Assembly (NCBI GenBank): GCA_041742555.1 | Contig: JBGSII010000025.1 | Location: forward strand, 1 to 57,307 | Length of the DNA: 57,307 bases | Reading direction: 5' to 3' | Source: Ilumatobacteraceae bacterium | Lineage (GTDB): Bacteria; Actinomycetota; Acidimicrobiia; Acidimicrobiales; Ilumatobacteraceae | Shown here: piece after piece, positions 34,684-44,892 of the stretch | Numbering within the stretch: the stretch's first letter is position 1 | Layout of the letters: every line of letters begins with the position of its first letter | Made by a program: the position numbers and the translations under genes | The notes under the pieces: generated by a model | Database searches by the model: none | The model's input: the letters and a program-made list of their open reading frames with translations, nothing else | What the model was told of the DNA's origin: nothing

Positions 34684-35655
34684 ATGATCCGCAAACTCAC
34701 GCTCGGTCTAGCGCTCGCCTCGAGCGCTCTGGTCGTACCCGTGCTGGCCACGCAGACAGGTGCCAGCTCAGACCCCCAGCAGGTCAGTGTCTGGAAGGCC
34801 AGCGGTCTCCAACAGACCGCGTCGGAGTACTGGCAGCCCGAGCTGACCACGACGACCAGGTTCACCGACGGCAAGGCCTACATCAAGATCACCGTGACGT
34901 CCAAGCCGTCCAACAAGCAAGTGCAGCCGGCCGTGTGCTTCTGGCGCGACGAAGGGTCCACCAGGAACAAGTACGAGACGTGCGCGGCCACGAACAACGT
35001 CACCTTCACCGGTACCGGCACGCTGTACATCGATCTCGGCACCCCCCGAACATGGTGGAAGAAGAACGGCGTGTACGACTGGTCACAGGAAGCCTCCCGA
35101 GGCCGGATCATGATCAAGAACCCGGGCACGTCAGGCGCGTTGCTCCTCGCCAGCCGATGCGGCGCGGCGTGTTACCCGGGCGGGCTGGACGCACTCAGCC
35201 CGCATATTCCGATCACCATGAGCTCTGAGCTGATCTTCGTGGCCAAGGGGAAGGAGCTTGCGTGCCCATCGGACTGGAACACCCCGCTCTGCGGGACCGG
35301 GGGCGGAGGCGGAGGCGGAGGTTCATCGACCACCATTCCTCCCTCGACCACGCAGCCTCCTTCGACCACACAGCCTCCTTCGACCACACAGCCTCCCGCA
35401 CCAGGAACCAGCTTCACCGTCACACCTCGGGACCGGTCGCTCGCAGTCTCCTGGAGCGATCCCGTGGCAAAGCGATTCCAACTCCGCTACCGCCCCACCG
35501 GTTCATCGACGTGGATCTGGTTCCCGGGCGAGGTGTCGGATGGACGCACGATCACCGGACTGGTCAACGGCCGAAACTACGAAGTCCAGGTTCGCAAGTA
35601 CGTTCACCCGACGTGGCGAGACTGGGCCTCGGCCACCGCCACCCCGGGGGCCTGA
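34684..35655 (+). CDS. Secreted protein: Cys-containing N-domain, Gly/PSTTQP linker, C-terminal FN3-like module shared with the giant protein
   Basis: ATG 34684 lies 10 nt after GGAGG. Signal peptide MIRKLTLGLALASSALVVPVLATQTGA. The linker is GGGGGGGSSTTIPPSTTQPPSTTQPPSTTQPP. The C-terminal 83 aa (FTVTPRDRSLAVSWSDPVAKRFQLRYRP...TGLVNGRNYEVQVR...WASATATPGA) matches the terminal modules of the 2712..14648 protein. Confidence 0.85.
   Translation: MIRKLTLGLALASSALVVPVLATQTGASSDPQQVSVWKASGLQQTASEYWQPELTTTTRFTDGKAYIKITVTSKPSNKQVQPAVCFWRDEGSTRNKYETCAATNNVTFTGTGTLYIDLGTPRTWWKKNGVYDWSQEASRGRIMIKNPGTSGALLLASRCGAACYPGGLDALSPHIPITMSSELIFVAKGKELACPSDWNTPLCGTGGGGGGGGSSTTIPPSTTQPPSTTQPPSTTQPPAPGTSFTVTPRDRSLAVSWSDPVAKRFQLRYRPTGSSTWIWFPGEVSDGRTITGLVNGRNYEVQVRKYVHPTWRDWASATATPGA
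35338..35391 (+). repeat. 18-bp tandem repeat x3 encoding (PSTTQP)3 linker
   Basis: cctccctcgaccacgcag / cctccttcgaccacacag / cctccttcgaccacacag read directly. A (ggcgga)n Gly tract precedes it at about 35302-35320. Confidence 0.9.
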
Positions 35656-35695
35656 CCGGCACTCCCAGGTCCGTGCCGGTGTCGATGGTGTGGGT

Positions 35696-36601
35696 TCAAC
35701 CCGCACCATCGACACCGGTGCCCAACCAGCCCGAGAGATCGCGGCCGAGATATCCACTCAACTGCTCGACGTCACGCCGGTAATACTCGACGAGCGCCCG
35801 CCGGTCGGTCTCGAGCAGTTCGGGCTTGACCAGGGAGCGGCCGAGGAACGAATCCCAGGCTGGCCGCAATCGTTCGACAACCCCCGCACCGAGCATCGGA
35901 CGCATGGCAGACTTGACCCGAAGCACAGCCGCAGCGGTGCGATTCGCCGGGAGCCCGGACGCATTCACGCCGTCCTCTGATGTCACCTCCACTTGCTCGT
36001 CCACGCCCAGGTGCCGGAAGATCGACCGGAGCACTGCGGACCGGTCTGCCCGGAAGTCCTGATACAAGACCACGAGCAGCTGCTCCTCTCGGAAGAAGGT
36101 GAGGTACCGCTGGAGCTGCTGGTGGTAGAGCCCGCCATCGAGGTAATACGGCGCACGAAGGTCGTGACCGTCGATGCGCTGCGGTTGCTCCGCAAGTGCC
36201 ATGGCGAAGTCGTCACAGCGTTCCGTGCCGTCGCGACGGTGCATCAGGAAGTCCGACCAGGCCCGCTCCACCGGATTGCGCAACATGGCGATCAAGCTGG
36301 CTTCGGGGTGCTCTCGGTGGATCGCGCCGGGTGCAGCCTCGTTGCGGAGATACTCCGGCGAGAGGTCACCACGACGCTGATCACGTCCTGCACCTCGGTA
36401 GAGCGCCTCGTACTGGCTCCGCTCCGTCACGGATCGCCTGAGCAACTCAGGGGTGGCAGACGGGTTGTCGACGACGGCATAGAAGTTCGGTTCCTTCACC
36501 GTCGGCACGAAGATCTCCGGGTGCTGACCGAGCAGACGGTGCAGCGCAGTGGTACCGCTGCGGTAGGCACCGATCACGAAGAAGTCCGGCGGCGGGCTCA
36601 A
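35696..36601 (-). CDS. Sulfotransferase
   Basis: DFFVIGAYRSGTTALHRLLGQHPEIFVPTVKEPNFY and IAMLRNPVERAWSDF (5'-PSB and 3'-PB motifs). TTG start at 36601 overlaps the upstream stop (TTGA). Confidence 0.88.
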   Translation of the reverse strand: MSPPPDFFVIGAYRSGTTALHRLLGQHPEIFVPTVKEPNFYAVVDNPSATPELLRRSVTERSQYEALYRGAGRDQRRGDLSPEYLRNEAAPGAIHREHPEASLIAMLRNPVERAWSDFLMHRRDGTERCDDFAMALAEQPQRIDGHDLRAPYYLDGGLYHQQLQRYLTFFREEQLLVVLYQDFRADRSAVLRSIFRHLGVDEQVEVTSEDGVNASGLPANRTAAAVLRVKSAMRPMLGAGVVERLRPAWDSFLGRSLVKPELLETDRRALVEYYRRDVEQLSGYLGRDLSGWLGTGVDGAG

Positions 36602-37824
36602 CGATCCTCACCCCAGAGCGACGCGATGTCGGCCTCGACCCCGAGCGCCCCGAGTTGCGACGACACCTCGTCGCGGTACGCCGGGTTCGCGAGCAGCACC
36701 ACAGCCGGTCGCGTGCCGGACAACACGTCCGGGGCATCGATCCGATGACCCGTCCCGGGGACACCCCAGCCGGTCTTGCGCGGATTGATGTCCACAACGG
36801 TCACATCGCGATCACTCGCCACCAGGTTCAGCCAGGTCATGCCCTTCGAGCCCGAACCCCACAGCACCACCGGACCGCGCTCGGTGAACCCCGACAGCTC
36901 CGCGCGTGCCTCGTCGATCCGGAGGTCGGCGCGTCGTCCGAATTCGCGAGCGCGTTCCACCGTCAGCGCGACCCGATCGTCCGCGGCAGTATCCCGCGCA
37001 GCGGTGTCGACTTCGACAGCAGCCGCTCGTCCTTCGGCCCAGAGAAACTGCTCGTCGAACGCCGTCCCCAACGCGGTCACGGTCAACCTGGCGCGGCGGT
37101 GGGCCTCGCGCAGTGACGTCTCGACGAAGTACGACCGGTGCTCGTAGATGAGATCCCAGAGTGTGCAGTCACGAATCATGAGGTCCCCGTTCGGGACTTC
37201 GGAGTACACGATGCCGTCCTCGGCGACCACCGACGCCCGCAGGTCCTCGAGCGCCGACACCGGGTCGTCGAGGTGTTCGAGCACGTGCTGGGAGAACGCC
37301 AGCCGGACCTGTAGCGCCCCGCCCTGCGGGTAGAGCTCGGTGGACAATTGGACACGGGCATGCGTCGGGGCGCCCAGCCGCGCCGCGTCGTAGCTCGGAT
37401 CGAATCCGTACCCGGCGACCACACCAGCGTCACACAACATCGACAGGAAGTGACCAGGACCAGATCCAAGTTCGGCGACGGGTGTGCCGACGAGGTCGTG
37501 ATCTGCGATCAGCCGGTCGCGCAGCCAGTCGGCGTAGGCGCGAAAACTGGCGGAGAAGTGCAGTGTGTTCTCGTACGTGGCGTCGTAGTCGAGCAGGGAT
37601 TCGTCGAAGGACCGGTTGTAGAGGTGCGCGCAGGCCGCGCACACGACGAGATCGATGTGACCGCGTGGAACCCGCTTGGCGTCGTCCACCGACACCTGCG
37701 CATTGATCAGCACCGGCAGCTCAGGGAGTGACACCACGTCGTGCGCGCGATCACTCGCGCACACCGGACAGGCGGCTGCCGGGGCACCGTCCCGAACGGT
37801 CGGCTCGCCGCTCACCGCCGACAT
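36598..37824 (-). CDS. Class I SAM-dependent methyltransferase, Zn-ribbon + C-methyltransferase C-terminal-domain type (paralog C)
   Basis: CPVCAS...VVCAACAHLYN (4-Cys ribbon), SAM motif VAELGSGPGHF, and WDLIYEHRSYF. Start trimmed to ATG 37824, 2 nt after the upstream stop. Confidence 0.85.
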   Translation of the reverse strand: MSAVSGEPTVRDGAPAAACPVCASDRAHDVVSLPELPVLINAQVSVDDAKRVPRGHIDLVVCAACAHLYNRSFDESLLDYDATYENTLHFSASFRAYADWLRDRLIADHDLVGTPVAELGSGPGHFLSMLCDAGVVAGYGFDPSYDAARLGAPTHARVQLSTELYPQGGALQVRLAFSQHVLEHLDDPVSALEDLRASVVAEDGIVYSEVPNGDLMIRDCTLWDLIYEHRSYFVETSLREAHRRARLTVTALGTAFDEQFLWAEGRAAAVEVDTAARDTAADDRVALTVERAREFGRRADLRIDEARAELSGFTERGPVVLWGSGSKGMTWLNLVASDRDVTVVDINPRKTGWGVPGTGHRIDAPDVLSGTRPAVVLLANPAYRDEVSSQLGALGVEADIASLWGEDR

Positions 37825-37826
37825 CG

Positions 37827-39068
37827 TCAGAGCGCCTCGAGATCGGTCGTCACACCTACATCGGCGAGCGTCGCGGCGATCTCGTCGACATAGATCGGGT
37901 TCATCGCAACGACCAGATCGGGGGCGATCTTCCGCAACGCCTCGGGCGACACGATCTCGTGCTGCGACCCGACCATGTACTTGCCCCACTTGTGGGGATT
38001 GATGTCGACCGCGGCGGCCAGCTCGTCACCCAACGCCAGGTTGGAGATGAACGACACCCCTTTCGAACCTGACCCCCAGATGACGGCGCGGCCACCCTCG
38101 TCGGCCAGTCGAGCGATGCGCTCGCGCCAGCCGCCGACGAGGTCGTCGTAGCCCGCACGAAAGTGGTCGACACCGGCCCGCATCCGATCGAGGTCGGCCT
38201 CCTCGGCGAGCGGCTCGCCGGCCGCGGGAACGGTGGAGGGTCGCGCGGCGATCAGCAGGTACTGATCGTCGTACTCGAGCGACAACTCGACCACCTCGAA
38301 ACCGGTCCGCCGGAACAGGCGGGCGAGCGAGCCGAGCGAGAAGTACGAGCAGTGCTCGTAGTAGATGTCCCAGAACGCCACCTCGTCGAGCACTCGTTGC
38401 ACGTCGGGCAGCTCGAACAGCACGACCGTGTCGGGGCGATCGCCGATCGAGCGCCGGATCGTCGACATGAACTCCGCCACGTTCGGGATGTGTTCCAACG
38501 TGTGCCGACAGATCACGACGTCGGCATCGAGATGCGTGTAGCGCTCGTCGTAGAAGTCGACGATCCATTCGATACCAGCGGCCGCCGGGTCGTCGATACG
38601 TTCGGGGTGGACACCCGGATCGATCCCGATGCAGTGGCCCGCACCGGCTTTGGCCATCTCGATGAGGAACTCGCCCTTGCCGCAACCGATCTCCAACACC
38701 GTCCGGTCGCGCAGGTCGTAGTCGTCCACCCACCGAGCAGCGAGCTCGGCGGCGAACTCCATGAACGTTGCCGAGAACCCCTGCGTCTCCTCGTAGCGCT
38801 GGGAGTACTCGGCCTGGCCGGGAACGAACGCCGTGTTGGTCACGAACCCGCAGGTGTCACAGAACGCGATCCGGAGTTCCCCGCGAGGGAACTCGCTCGC
38901 TTCGGTCGGATCGTCGAGAAGGAGACAGCTGTTGGTCGGAACCTGACCCTCCTCGAAGAACACCCTGAGCGTCGTCGCACCACATGCAGGGCACGGCCGG
39001 TCGATGGGTGCATCGGTGGTCGAGCCACCACGCGGGAGCGGGGAGCGGGACGGAACATTGTTCGGCAT
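37827..39068 (-). CDS. Class I SAM-dependent methyltransferase, same architecture (paralog B)
   Basis: CPACGA...AFCDTCGFVTN, VLEIGCGKGEF, and WDIYYEHCSYFS. Start trimmed to ATG 39068, 2 nt after the upstream stop. Confidence 0.85.
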   Translation of the reverse strand: MPNNVPSRSPLPRGGSTTDAPIDRPCPACGATTLRVFFEEGQVPTNSCLLLDDPTEASEFPRGELRIAFCDTCGFVTNTAFVPGQAEYSQRYEETQGFSATFMEFAAELAARWVDDYDLRDRTVLEIGCGKGEFLIEMAKAGAGHCIGIDPGVHPERIDDPAAAGIEWIVDFYDERYTHLDADVVICRHTLEHIPNVAEFMSTIRRSIGDRPDTVVLFELPDVQRVLDEVAFWDIYYEHCSYFSLGSLARLFRRTGFEVVELSLEYDDQYLLIAARPSTVPAAGEPLAEEADLDRMRAGVDHFRAGYDDLVGGWRERIARLADEGGRAVIWGSGSKGVSFISNLALGDELAAAVDINPHKWGKYMVGSQHEIVSPEALRKIAPDLVVAMNPIYVDEIAATLADVGVTTDLEAL

Positions 39069-39070
39069 GG

Positions 39071-40306
39071 TCAGATCAGCTCCGGGACGGGGACGGGAAC
39101 GAGGAAGCGGCCGCCTGCAGCGGCGTAGTCGGCCTGCTGCTGCATGATCTCGGCGGCGAAGTTCCAAGCGAGCAGCAGGAGGACGTCGGGCGGGTCCTCG
39201 ACGAGTACCTCAGGGCCCACGATGAGCTGGTGGGTACCAGGCATGAAACGGCCGTGCTTGTGGACGTTGCGGTCGACGACATACGCAACGAGATCGGTGC
39301 CGATCCCGGTGGCGTTCAGCATGGTCGCCCCCTTGGCCGCAGCGCCGTAGGCCGCGATGGTCCGCCCCTCGGCCCGCAACGAGCGCAGCATCTCCAGCAA
39401 CGAGGAACGCAGCTCGTCGACTTTCGCTCCGAAGCCTGCATAGAACGAGAACCGATCGAGACCGGCCTCACGTTCGGCCTCGATCCGTGTGAGAACGTGG
39501 TCACTCGGTTCGTCATGATGTCCGAGGTGCCAGCGGTTGGTGCCGCCGTGCAGGTCGGGGAAGTACTCGACGTGGTTGAGGTGCAGACCATGGCGTTCGG
39601 CGAGGTTCTTCACCGACAGACACGAGTGATAGAAGAAGTGCTCGTGGTAGACCGTGTCGAACGCGCAGCGGTCGATCAGGTCCCAGACGCTGGGGTTCTC
39701 CACCGTGATCAAGCCGTCGTCAGCGAGGAGATGAGCCAGGCCCGCGACGAAGTCGTTCGGATCGGGAATGTGGGCCATCACGTTGTTCGCCACGATCACG
39801 TCGGCGGGACCGCGCTTCGCCCGCAGGTCGCAGGCAGCCTCGAAGCCGAAGAACTCCTCGATCGTCTCGACCCCGATAGCACGCGCGGCGGCGGCCTGAT
39901 CGGGAGCCGGGTCGAACCCGACGCACGGCACACCGGCATCGACGAAGTTCTTGAGCAGGTAGCCGTCGTTGCTGGCGATCTCGACCGCAAGCGAGTCGGG
40001 GCCGAGCCGGCGGGCCTCGACGAGCCCGAGCACGTGATCGCGGCTGTGCTGGAGTAGATGGTCGGAGAACGACGAGAAGTAGAGATAGTTGTCGACGAAC
40101 AACACCTCACGGTCGACGTCTTCGGTGATCTGGACGAGCGAGCACGCTGGACAGAACGCCACAGCGAGCGCAAAGCGCTGTTCGCGTTCGGGGTGGTCGA
40201 CGAGCTCGGCCGTGACCAAGGCGTCCGCGAGCGGAGTCTCCCCGAGGTCGAGGAACGTCTCGATCTCGGCCGACCCGCAGCCACGGCAAGTGGTGATCCG
40301 ACTCAC
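39071..40306 (-). CDS. Class I SAM-dependent methyltransferase, NDP-hexose C-methyltransferase (TylCIII/EryBIII)-like architecture (paralog A)
   Basis: CRGCGS...[35 protein letters not shown], and [12 protein letters not shown]. Start trimmed to GTG 40306, overlapping the upstream stop (GTGA). Confidence 0.85.
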   Translation of the reverse strand: MSRITTCRGCGSAEIETFLDLGETPLADALVTAELVDHPEREQRFALAVAFCPACSLVQITEDVDREVLFVDNYLYFSSFSDHLLQHSRDHVLGLVEARRLGPDSLAVEIASNDGYLLKNFVDAGVPCVGFDPAPDQAAAARAIGVETIEEFFGFEAACDLRAKRGPADVIVANNVMAHIPDPNDFVAGLAHLLADDGLITVENPSVWDLIDRCAFDTVYHEHFFYHSCLSVKNLAERHGLHLNHVEYFPDLHGGTNRWHLGHHDEPSDHVLTRIEAEREAGLDRFSFYAGFGAKVDELRSSLLEMLRSLRAEGRTIAAYGAAAKGATMLNATGIGTDLVAYVVDRNVHKHGRFMPGTHQLIVGPEVLVEDPPDVLLLLAWNFAAEIMQQQADYAAAGGRFLVPVPVPELI

Positions 40307-41340
40307 GCGGGTACCCCTCCGACCCAATGCAGATCGCCCGTGAGGCGGCCATCGGTCATCGACTGCTGGAGATGTCGGAGCCGCATGAAGCGGGCCCCTT
40401 CGAGATCGTCGATGGTCAGACCGTTCGCCACCATCGCCTCGCGAAGCGATTCGGCGCCGCGTCGAACCGTCCAGCGAGGCGTCGCCTCCGGGAACCGAGT
40501 GCACAGCTTGTCGCAGTTCACGCGGTAGTTCCGCAGATCGTTGAACGCTTCGTCCGACATCGTCACCTTCGCCCCGGTGACCTCACCGACGATCTCGGCG
40601 ACGTCGCTGATGCGGTAGTTCTCGTCGGTGTGGCCGACGTTGAAGGCCTCGTCGTGGACGAGCGACCGATCGGCTTCCATCAACACGCAGAAGGCACGTG
40701 CGATGTCCTCGATGTGCACGAGCGGGCGCCACGACGATCCGTCGCTCTTCAGGAACACCTTGCCGGTCGTGACCGCGAACCCGGTGAGGTTGTTGACGAC
40801 CAGGTCTCCTCGCAGACGTTCCGAGACACCGTAGGCCGTGGCGTTGCGCAGGTAGGTCGGGGTGAAACGGTCGTCGGCGAGTTCGTGGAGGTCCTGCTCG
40901 ACGAAGACCTTCGACTCGCCGTACGGCGTCACCGGGAGGAACTCGGCTCCTTCGTCGAGCCAGTCGTCACCATGGGCCCCGTAAGTCGAACACGACGACG
41001 AGAAGAGGAATCGTTCGACACCTGAGTCCTTCGCGATCTGCGCCAGCCGGGTCGATGCCCGGTGGTTGACCTCGTACGTGGCGTCGGGATTGAGATCCCC
41101 GGCAGGATCATTGCTCATGCCCGCGAGGTGGATGACCGCATCGATCCCGCCGAGATGCTGCGGTTCGACGTCGCGCACGTCGAGACGAAGCTCGACATCG
41201 GGGCGGGCGAGCCGGGTGCCGAACACACAGTCCTCGAACAACATGCTGTCGAGCCCGACAACTTCATGGCCGCGTTCTTGCAGCATCGGCACGAGCACCG
41301 TGCCGATGTATCCGTCATGTCCTGTCACGAGCACCTTCAT
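40303..41340 (-). CDS. NAD-dependent epimerase/dehydratase (extended SDR)
   Basis: [17 protein letters not shown] (Rossmann GxxGxxG) and catalytic PYGESK (YxxxK). Start trimmed to ATG 41340, overlapping the rfbF stop (ATGA). Confidence 0.88.
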   Translation of the reverse strand: MKVLVTGHDGYIGTVLVPMLQERGHEVVGLDSMLFEDCVFGTRLARPDVELRLDVRDVEPQHLGGIDAVIHLAGMSNDPAGDLNPDATYEVNHRASTRLAQIAKDSGVERFLFSSSCSTYGAHGDDWLDEGAEFLPVTPYGESKVFVEQDLHELADDRFTPTYLRNATAYGVSERLRGDLVVNNLTGFAVTTGKVFLKSDGSSWRPLVHIEDIARAFCVLMEADRSLVHDEAFNVGHTDENYRISDVAEIVGEVTGAKVTMSDEAFNDLRNYRVNCDKLCTRFPEATPRWTVRRGAESLREAMVANGLTIDDLEGARFMRLRHLQQSMTDGRLTGDLHWVGGVPA

Positions 41341-42116
41341 GGCCACACCTTCCACGGGGCATCCCCGTTTTCCCACATTCGTTCGAGCATGACCTTGTCA
41401 CGCATCGTGTCCATGCACGCCCAGAAATCGGAGTGCTTGTAGGCCATCAGTTGTCCCTCGGCAGCGAGCCGTTCGAGCGGCTCGCGCTCGAACAGCGTGT
41501 CGTCTCCGTCGATGTAATCGGCGATCTCGGGCTCCATCACGAAGAACGCACCGTTGATCCACCCTTCCGCCGCTTGCGGCTTCTCCGTGAACTCGGTGAT
41601 CTGGTCGCCGTCGATCTCCAGATGACCGTACCTCGCCGGAGGGTGAACGGCAGTGAGGGTGCAGATCTTGCCGTGTCGCCTGTGGAACGCCACCAGCTCG
41701 TCGAGATCGACCGTCGAGACCCCGTCACCCCACGTGATCATGAACGTCTCGTTACCCAGGTAGGGCACGAGCCGCTTGATACGTCCGCCGGTATTCGTCG
41801 AGCGGCCCGTCTCGACGAGGTCGACAGTCCAGTCCTCCTCACCGGTCGGACCCGACGAGGTGACCTCTCCGGTCGCCGTGGCGATCCGCAGGTCACCGCC
41901 CAAGGTTGCTCGATCGGCGAACCAACGCTTGATGTACTCGCCCTTGTACCCGAGAGCGACGGCGAAGTCGCGATGCCCGAACTGGGCGTAGTACTTCATG
42001 ATGTGCCAGAGGATGGGGTAGTCGCCCACCTCCACCATCGGCTTGGGCTTGACCGTCGTCTCCTCGGAGAGCCGGCTGCCGAGACCGCCGGCGAGGATTC
42101 CTACCTTCATGTGCAT
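41337..42116 (-). CDS. rfbF: Glucose-1-phosphate cytidylyltransferase (CDP-glucose synthase)
   Basis: [49 protein letters not shown] is the characteristic RfbF N-terminus. Start is ATG 42116 or ATG 42110. Confidence 0.92.
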   Translation of the reverse strand: MHMKVGILAGGLGSRLSEETTVKPKPMVEVGDYPILWHIMKYYAQFGHRDFAVALGYKGEYIKRWFADRATLGGDLRIATATGEVTSSGPTGEEDWTVDLVETGRSTNTGGRIKRLVPYLGNETFMITWGDGVSTVDLDELVAFHRRHGKICTLTAVHPPARYGHLEIDGDQITEFTEKPQAAEGWINGAFFVMEPEIADYIDGDDTLFEREPLERLAAEGQLMAYKHSDFWACMDTMRDKVMLERMWENGDAPWKVWP

Positions 42117-42138
42117 CTCCCGTCGTGATAGCGCATCA

Positions 42139-42786
42139 TCATCGTTCCAACAGAGCTCCGCGTCCGGTCACACCGAGCGCGAGCGAGACCGCGAGCTGCG
42201 AGAAGCCATCACTGATGACCCCGGCCCGAAGGTCGGCGGCAACCACCTCGAAGGGCCGCCACTCGATTCGAGCTGCCTCGTTGGCGTCCTCGGGCGGACC
42301 GACGAGTCGAGCATCTCCCGCGAGATAGATGTCGAACGTCTGGCGCACCAGACCGACCGAGGGGTGATGCCGACTGAGGTGGGACACGTCGCCCACGGGC
42401 TCCCATCCGGTCTCCTCCAGGCACTCTCGACGCGCGGCGAGCTCTGCGACTTCGCCGTCATCGACGGCACCACCGGGGATCTCCCATCCCCACGTGTCCG
42501 GCATGAAACGATGCCGCCAGATCATCAGCACCCCCCGGTCTGGGTGGGCCACGACCATGCCGGCCGCGTCGGGTCCGAGGACCACTTCATGTTCGGTGTG
42601 GCTGCCGTCGGGCCGCTCGACGTCGTCGATGCGCAACGTCATCCACCAACTCGAATACACCTCGCGCAGCGTCGAATGGGTGACCCACTCCCCAGGGCGT
42701 CGCGGGAACGCTCTCTCAGCCAACGGGGTCCCCCATCGCGACAGCCCGCAACGCCCGAGCGATTCCTTCGCGTTGAGTCGCGACAC
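42139..42786 (-). CDS. Nudix hydrolase
   Basis: Nudix box GAVDDGEVAELAARRECLEETGW fits GX5EX7REUXEEXGU. The start is uncertain: the track's 42786 overlaps the upstream GT by 70 nt, and TTG 42723 is a shorter option. Confidence 0.8.
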   Translation of the reverse strand: MSRLNAKESLGRCGLSRWGTPLAERAFPRRPGEWVTHSTLREVYSSWWMTLRIDDVERPDGSHTEHEVVLGPDAAGMVVAHPDRGVLMIWRHRFMPDTWGWEIPGGAVDDGEVAELAARRECLEETGWEPVGDVSHLSRHHPSVGLVRQTFDIYLAGDARLVGPPEDANEAARIEWRPFEVVAADLRAGVISDGFSQLAVSLALGVTGRGALLER

Positions 42787-43894
42787 CCCGCGCTGGATTG
42801 GCGCGCCGCTCGGCCTCGTCGACCATGGCCTTGGTCAGGTCGGACTCCACGAAGATGCGCTCGATCGCGCGGGCGAGCGGTTCCGGCTCGAACGGCGGGA
42901 CCAGGAGCCCCGTGACCTCGTGCTCGACGAACTCGGGGAGGCCGCCAGCGTCGGTCCCGACGACCGGCGTTCGGCTCGCGTGCGCTTCCAGAGCCGTCAG
43001 ACCGAACGGTTCCGATCGGGACGCCACCACGAGCACGTCCAGGGCGCGCATGATCTCGGGCATGTCCGCTCGACGGCCGACGAAATTCACCCGATCGCCG
43101 AGCACTCGTTCTGCGTCAGCCCGCAGCCGGTCGGCGAACTCCTGCGGGCCTGTGCCGGCCTCGCCGACCACGACCAGTTGAGCGGACGCTACATCGCCAC
43201 GTAGCAGCGTCATCGCCTCGACCAACACCTGCACGCCTTTGCGTACGTCGAGGCGTCCGGCGACACCGACGAGCGGCCCGGGTCGGCCGCGGGCCAACTC
43301 CGCTCGGAGGTCGTCGTTGGTCGGACCCGGGACGAAACGATCCAGATCGATTCCGGGATGAATCACCGTGACCGGGCCTGCCGATCCGAGCGCGGCGGCT
43401 GTTGCGCGCGAGTTCGCGATCGTGAGTGTGGCGAGCCGCGCCGCAGTCCGCAGGACCCGCTGACCCACCCCCGGGCGCACCATGTCGACGAGGTCGAGGA
43501 CGATGGGTACGCGGGCAAGACGACCGGCAAACGCAACAGAGAGATGGGACCGGAGTGCCGACGAGAAGACCACGTCGAAGTCCCGCGCTACTTGCCGCAC
43601 CGCAATGGTCTGGCGAGCGACGTCGCCACCGAGTTGGAGGAACTCGAAGGGTCGCGGCCGCGCTTCGGTCCCACTGCGGCGAAGCCCGCCACGCGACGGG
43701 ATGTCGACCTCGAGAAACGCATGGCCGCGGCGCTTCCACTCGACGGCGAATGGCGACGACGCCACGCTCCCCAGCGTGAGTTCCACATCGCTGTCACGAA
43801 GCGCGTCAGCGAGGTCGAGTAGCACGATCTGAGCGCCCCACACAGGCGTTGACGGGCTGACCACCAGGACGCGGACGTAGTCCTCCGGTGACAT
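42716..43894 (-). CDS. Glycosyltransferase family 4 (GT-B, glycos_transf_1)
   Basis: RSEPFGLTALEAHASRTPVVGTDAGGLPEFVEHEVTGLLVPP contains the EX7E motif. Start trimmed to ATG 43894. Confidence 0.9.
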   Translation of the reverse strand: MSPEDYVRVLVVSPSTPVWGAQIVLLDLADALRDSDVELTLGSVASSPFAVEWKRRGHAFLEVDIPSRGGLRRSGTEARPRPFEFLQLGGDVARQTIAVRQVARDFDVVFSSALRSHLSVAFAGRLARVPIVLDLVDMVRPGVGQRVLRTAARLATLTIANSRATAAALGSAGPVTVIHPGIDLDRFVPGPTNDDLRAELARGRPGPLVGVAGRLDVRKGVQVLVEAMTLLRGDVASAQLVVVGEAGTGPQEFADRLRADAERVLGDRVNFVGRRADMPEIMRALDVLVVASRSEPFGLTALEAHASRTPVVGTDAGGLPEFVEHEVTGLLVPPFEPEPLARAIERIFVESDLTKAMVDEAERRANPARGVATQREGIARALRAVAMGDPVG

Positions 43895-43911
43895 GGGGGT
43901 GCCGAGCCGGA

Positions 43912-44892
43912 TTACGCAGCCTCGGCTGCAGCGCGTTGCACCTGATCGAAGACCCAGCGATAGGTGACCTCGAGTCCGTTGCGCAGCGACGTGGTGGGCT
44001 CCCAACCGAGCCGGTCGAGAATGAGAGCGTTGTCGCTGTTGCGGCCTCGAACCCCCTGAGGCGCCGACAGATCATGACGCCGAGTGACGGTCACCCCAGC
44101 GATATCGCTGATGATGTCGATGAGACCGTTGATCGAGACGAGCTCGGACGAGCCGATGTTGATCGGCTCGCGGACATCCGAAGCCATCAGACGCCGGGTG
44201 CCTTCGACGCAGTCGTCGACGAACATGAAGCTCCGCGTCTGCTCACCATCGCCCCACACCTCGACCTCATTCGTCCCCGAGACAACGCATTCGGCCACCT
44301 TGCGACACAGCGCGGCCGGCGCCTTCTCGCGCCCTCCGGTCCACGATCCGTTCGGCCCATAGACGTTGTGATAGCGGGCGACGCGTGTCTCGATGTGGAA
44401 ATCCTCCATGAAGTGGCGCGCCATCCGCTCGCTGAACAACTTCTCCCAGCCGTACCCGTCCTCGGGCATGGCAGGATACGCGTCGGCCTCCCGGAGCGCC
44501 GTGACATCCGCGTTGGTCTGGTGTTCAGCCGCGTAGACGCACGCCGAACTCGCGTAGAACAGCCGCTGCACATCGTTGTCGACCGACGAGCGGAGCAGGT
44601 TCGTGCTGATCAGCACACTCAACATGCACGCCGCTTTGTTGTTCTCGATGAAGCCCATGCCGCCCATGTCAGCGGCGAGGTTGTACACGTGATCGACGTC
44701 TCGCGTGACTCGTTCGCACGCCGCAGCATCCATCAGATCCGTGTCGGGCAGGTTCTCGGCGCCTTGGTGCACCTGCCACCAGCCTTCGATCGGCTTGACG
44801 TCAGCGACACGAACGTCGTGACCATCGGCGAGGAGCGAGGATGCGAGATGCCCCCCGATGAACCCTCCGCCACCTGCTACCAGAATCCGCAT
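43912..44892 (-). CDS. GDP-mannose 3,5-epimerase-like SDR (plant GME-type)
   Basis: MRILVAGGGGFIGGHL, NLAADMGGMGFIENN, LFYASSACVYAAE, EDGYGWEKL and VYGPNGSWTGGREKAPAALCRK match, block for block, the plant GME sequence as I remember it (NLAADMGGMGFIQSN, FFYASSACIYPE, GGREKAPAAFCRK). Confidence 0.75.
   Translation of the reverse strand: MRILVAGGGGFIGGHLASSLLADGHDVRVADVKPIEGWWQVHQGAENLPDTDLMDAAACERVTRDVDHVYNLAADMGGMGFIENNKAACMLSVLISTNLLRSSVDNDVQRLFYASSACVYAAEHQTNADVTALREADAYPAMPEDGYGWEKLFSERMARHFMEDFHIETRVARYHNVYGPNGSWTGGREKAPAALCRKVAECVVSGTNEVEVWGDGEQTRSFMFVDDCVEGTRRLMASDVREPINIGSSELVSINGLIDIISDIAGVTVTRRHDLSAPQGVRGRNSDNALILDRLGWEPTTSLRNGLEVTYRWVFDQVQRAAAEAA

Noticed and set aside
38163-40057. 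321-aa and 357-aa + ORFs over the methyltransferase genes
   Set aside because: They are antisense shadows. The minus-strand products carry Zn-ribbon, SAM and YEH motifs, while the + strand products have none.
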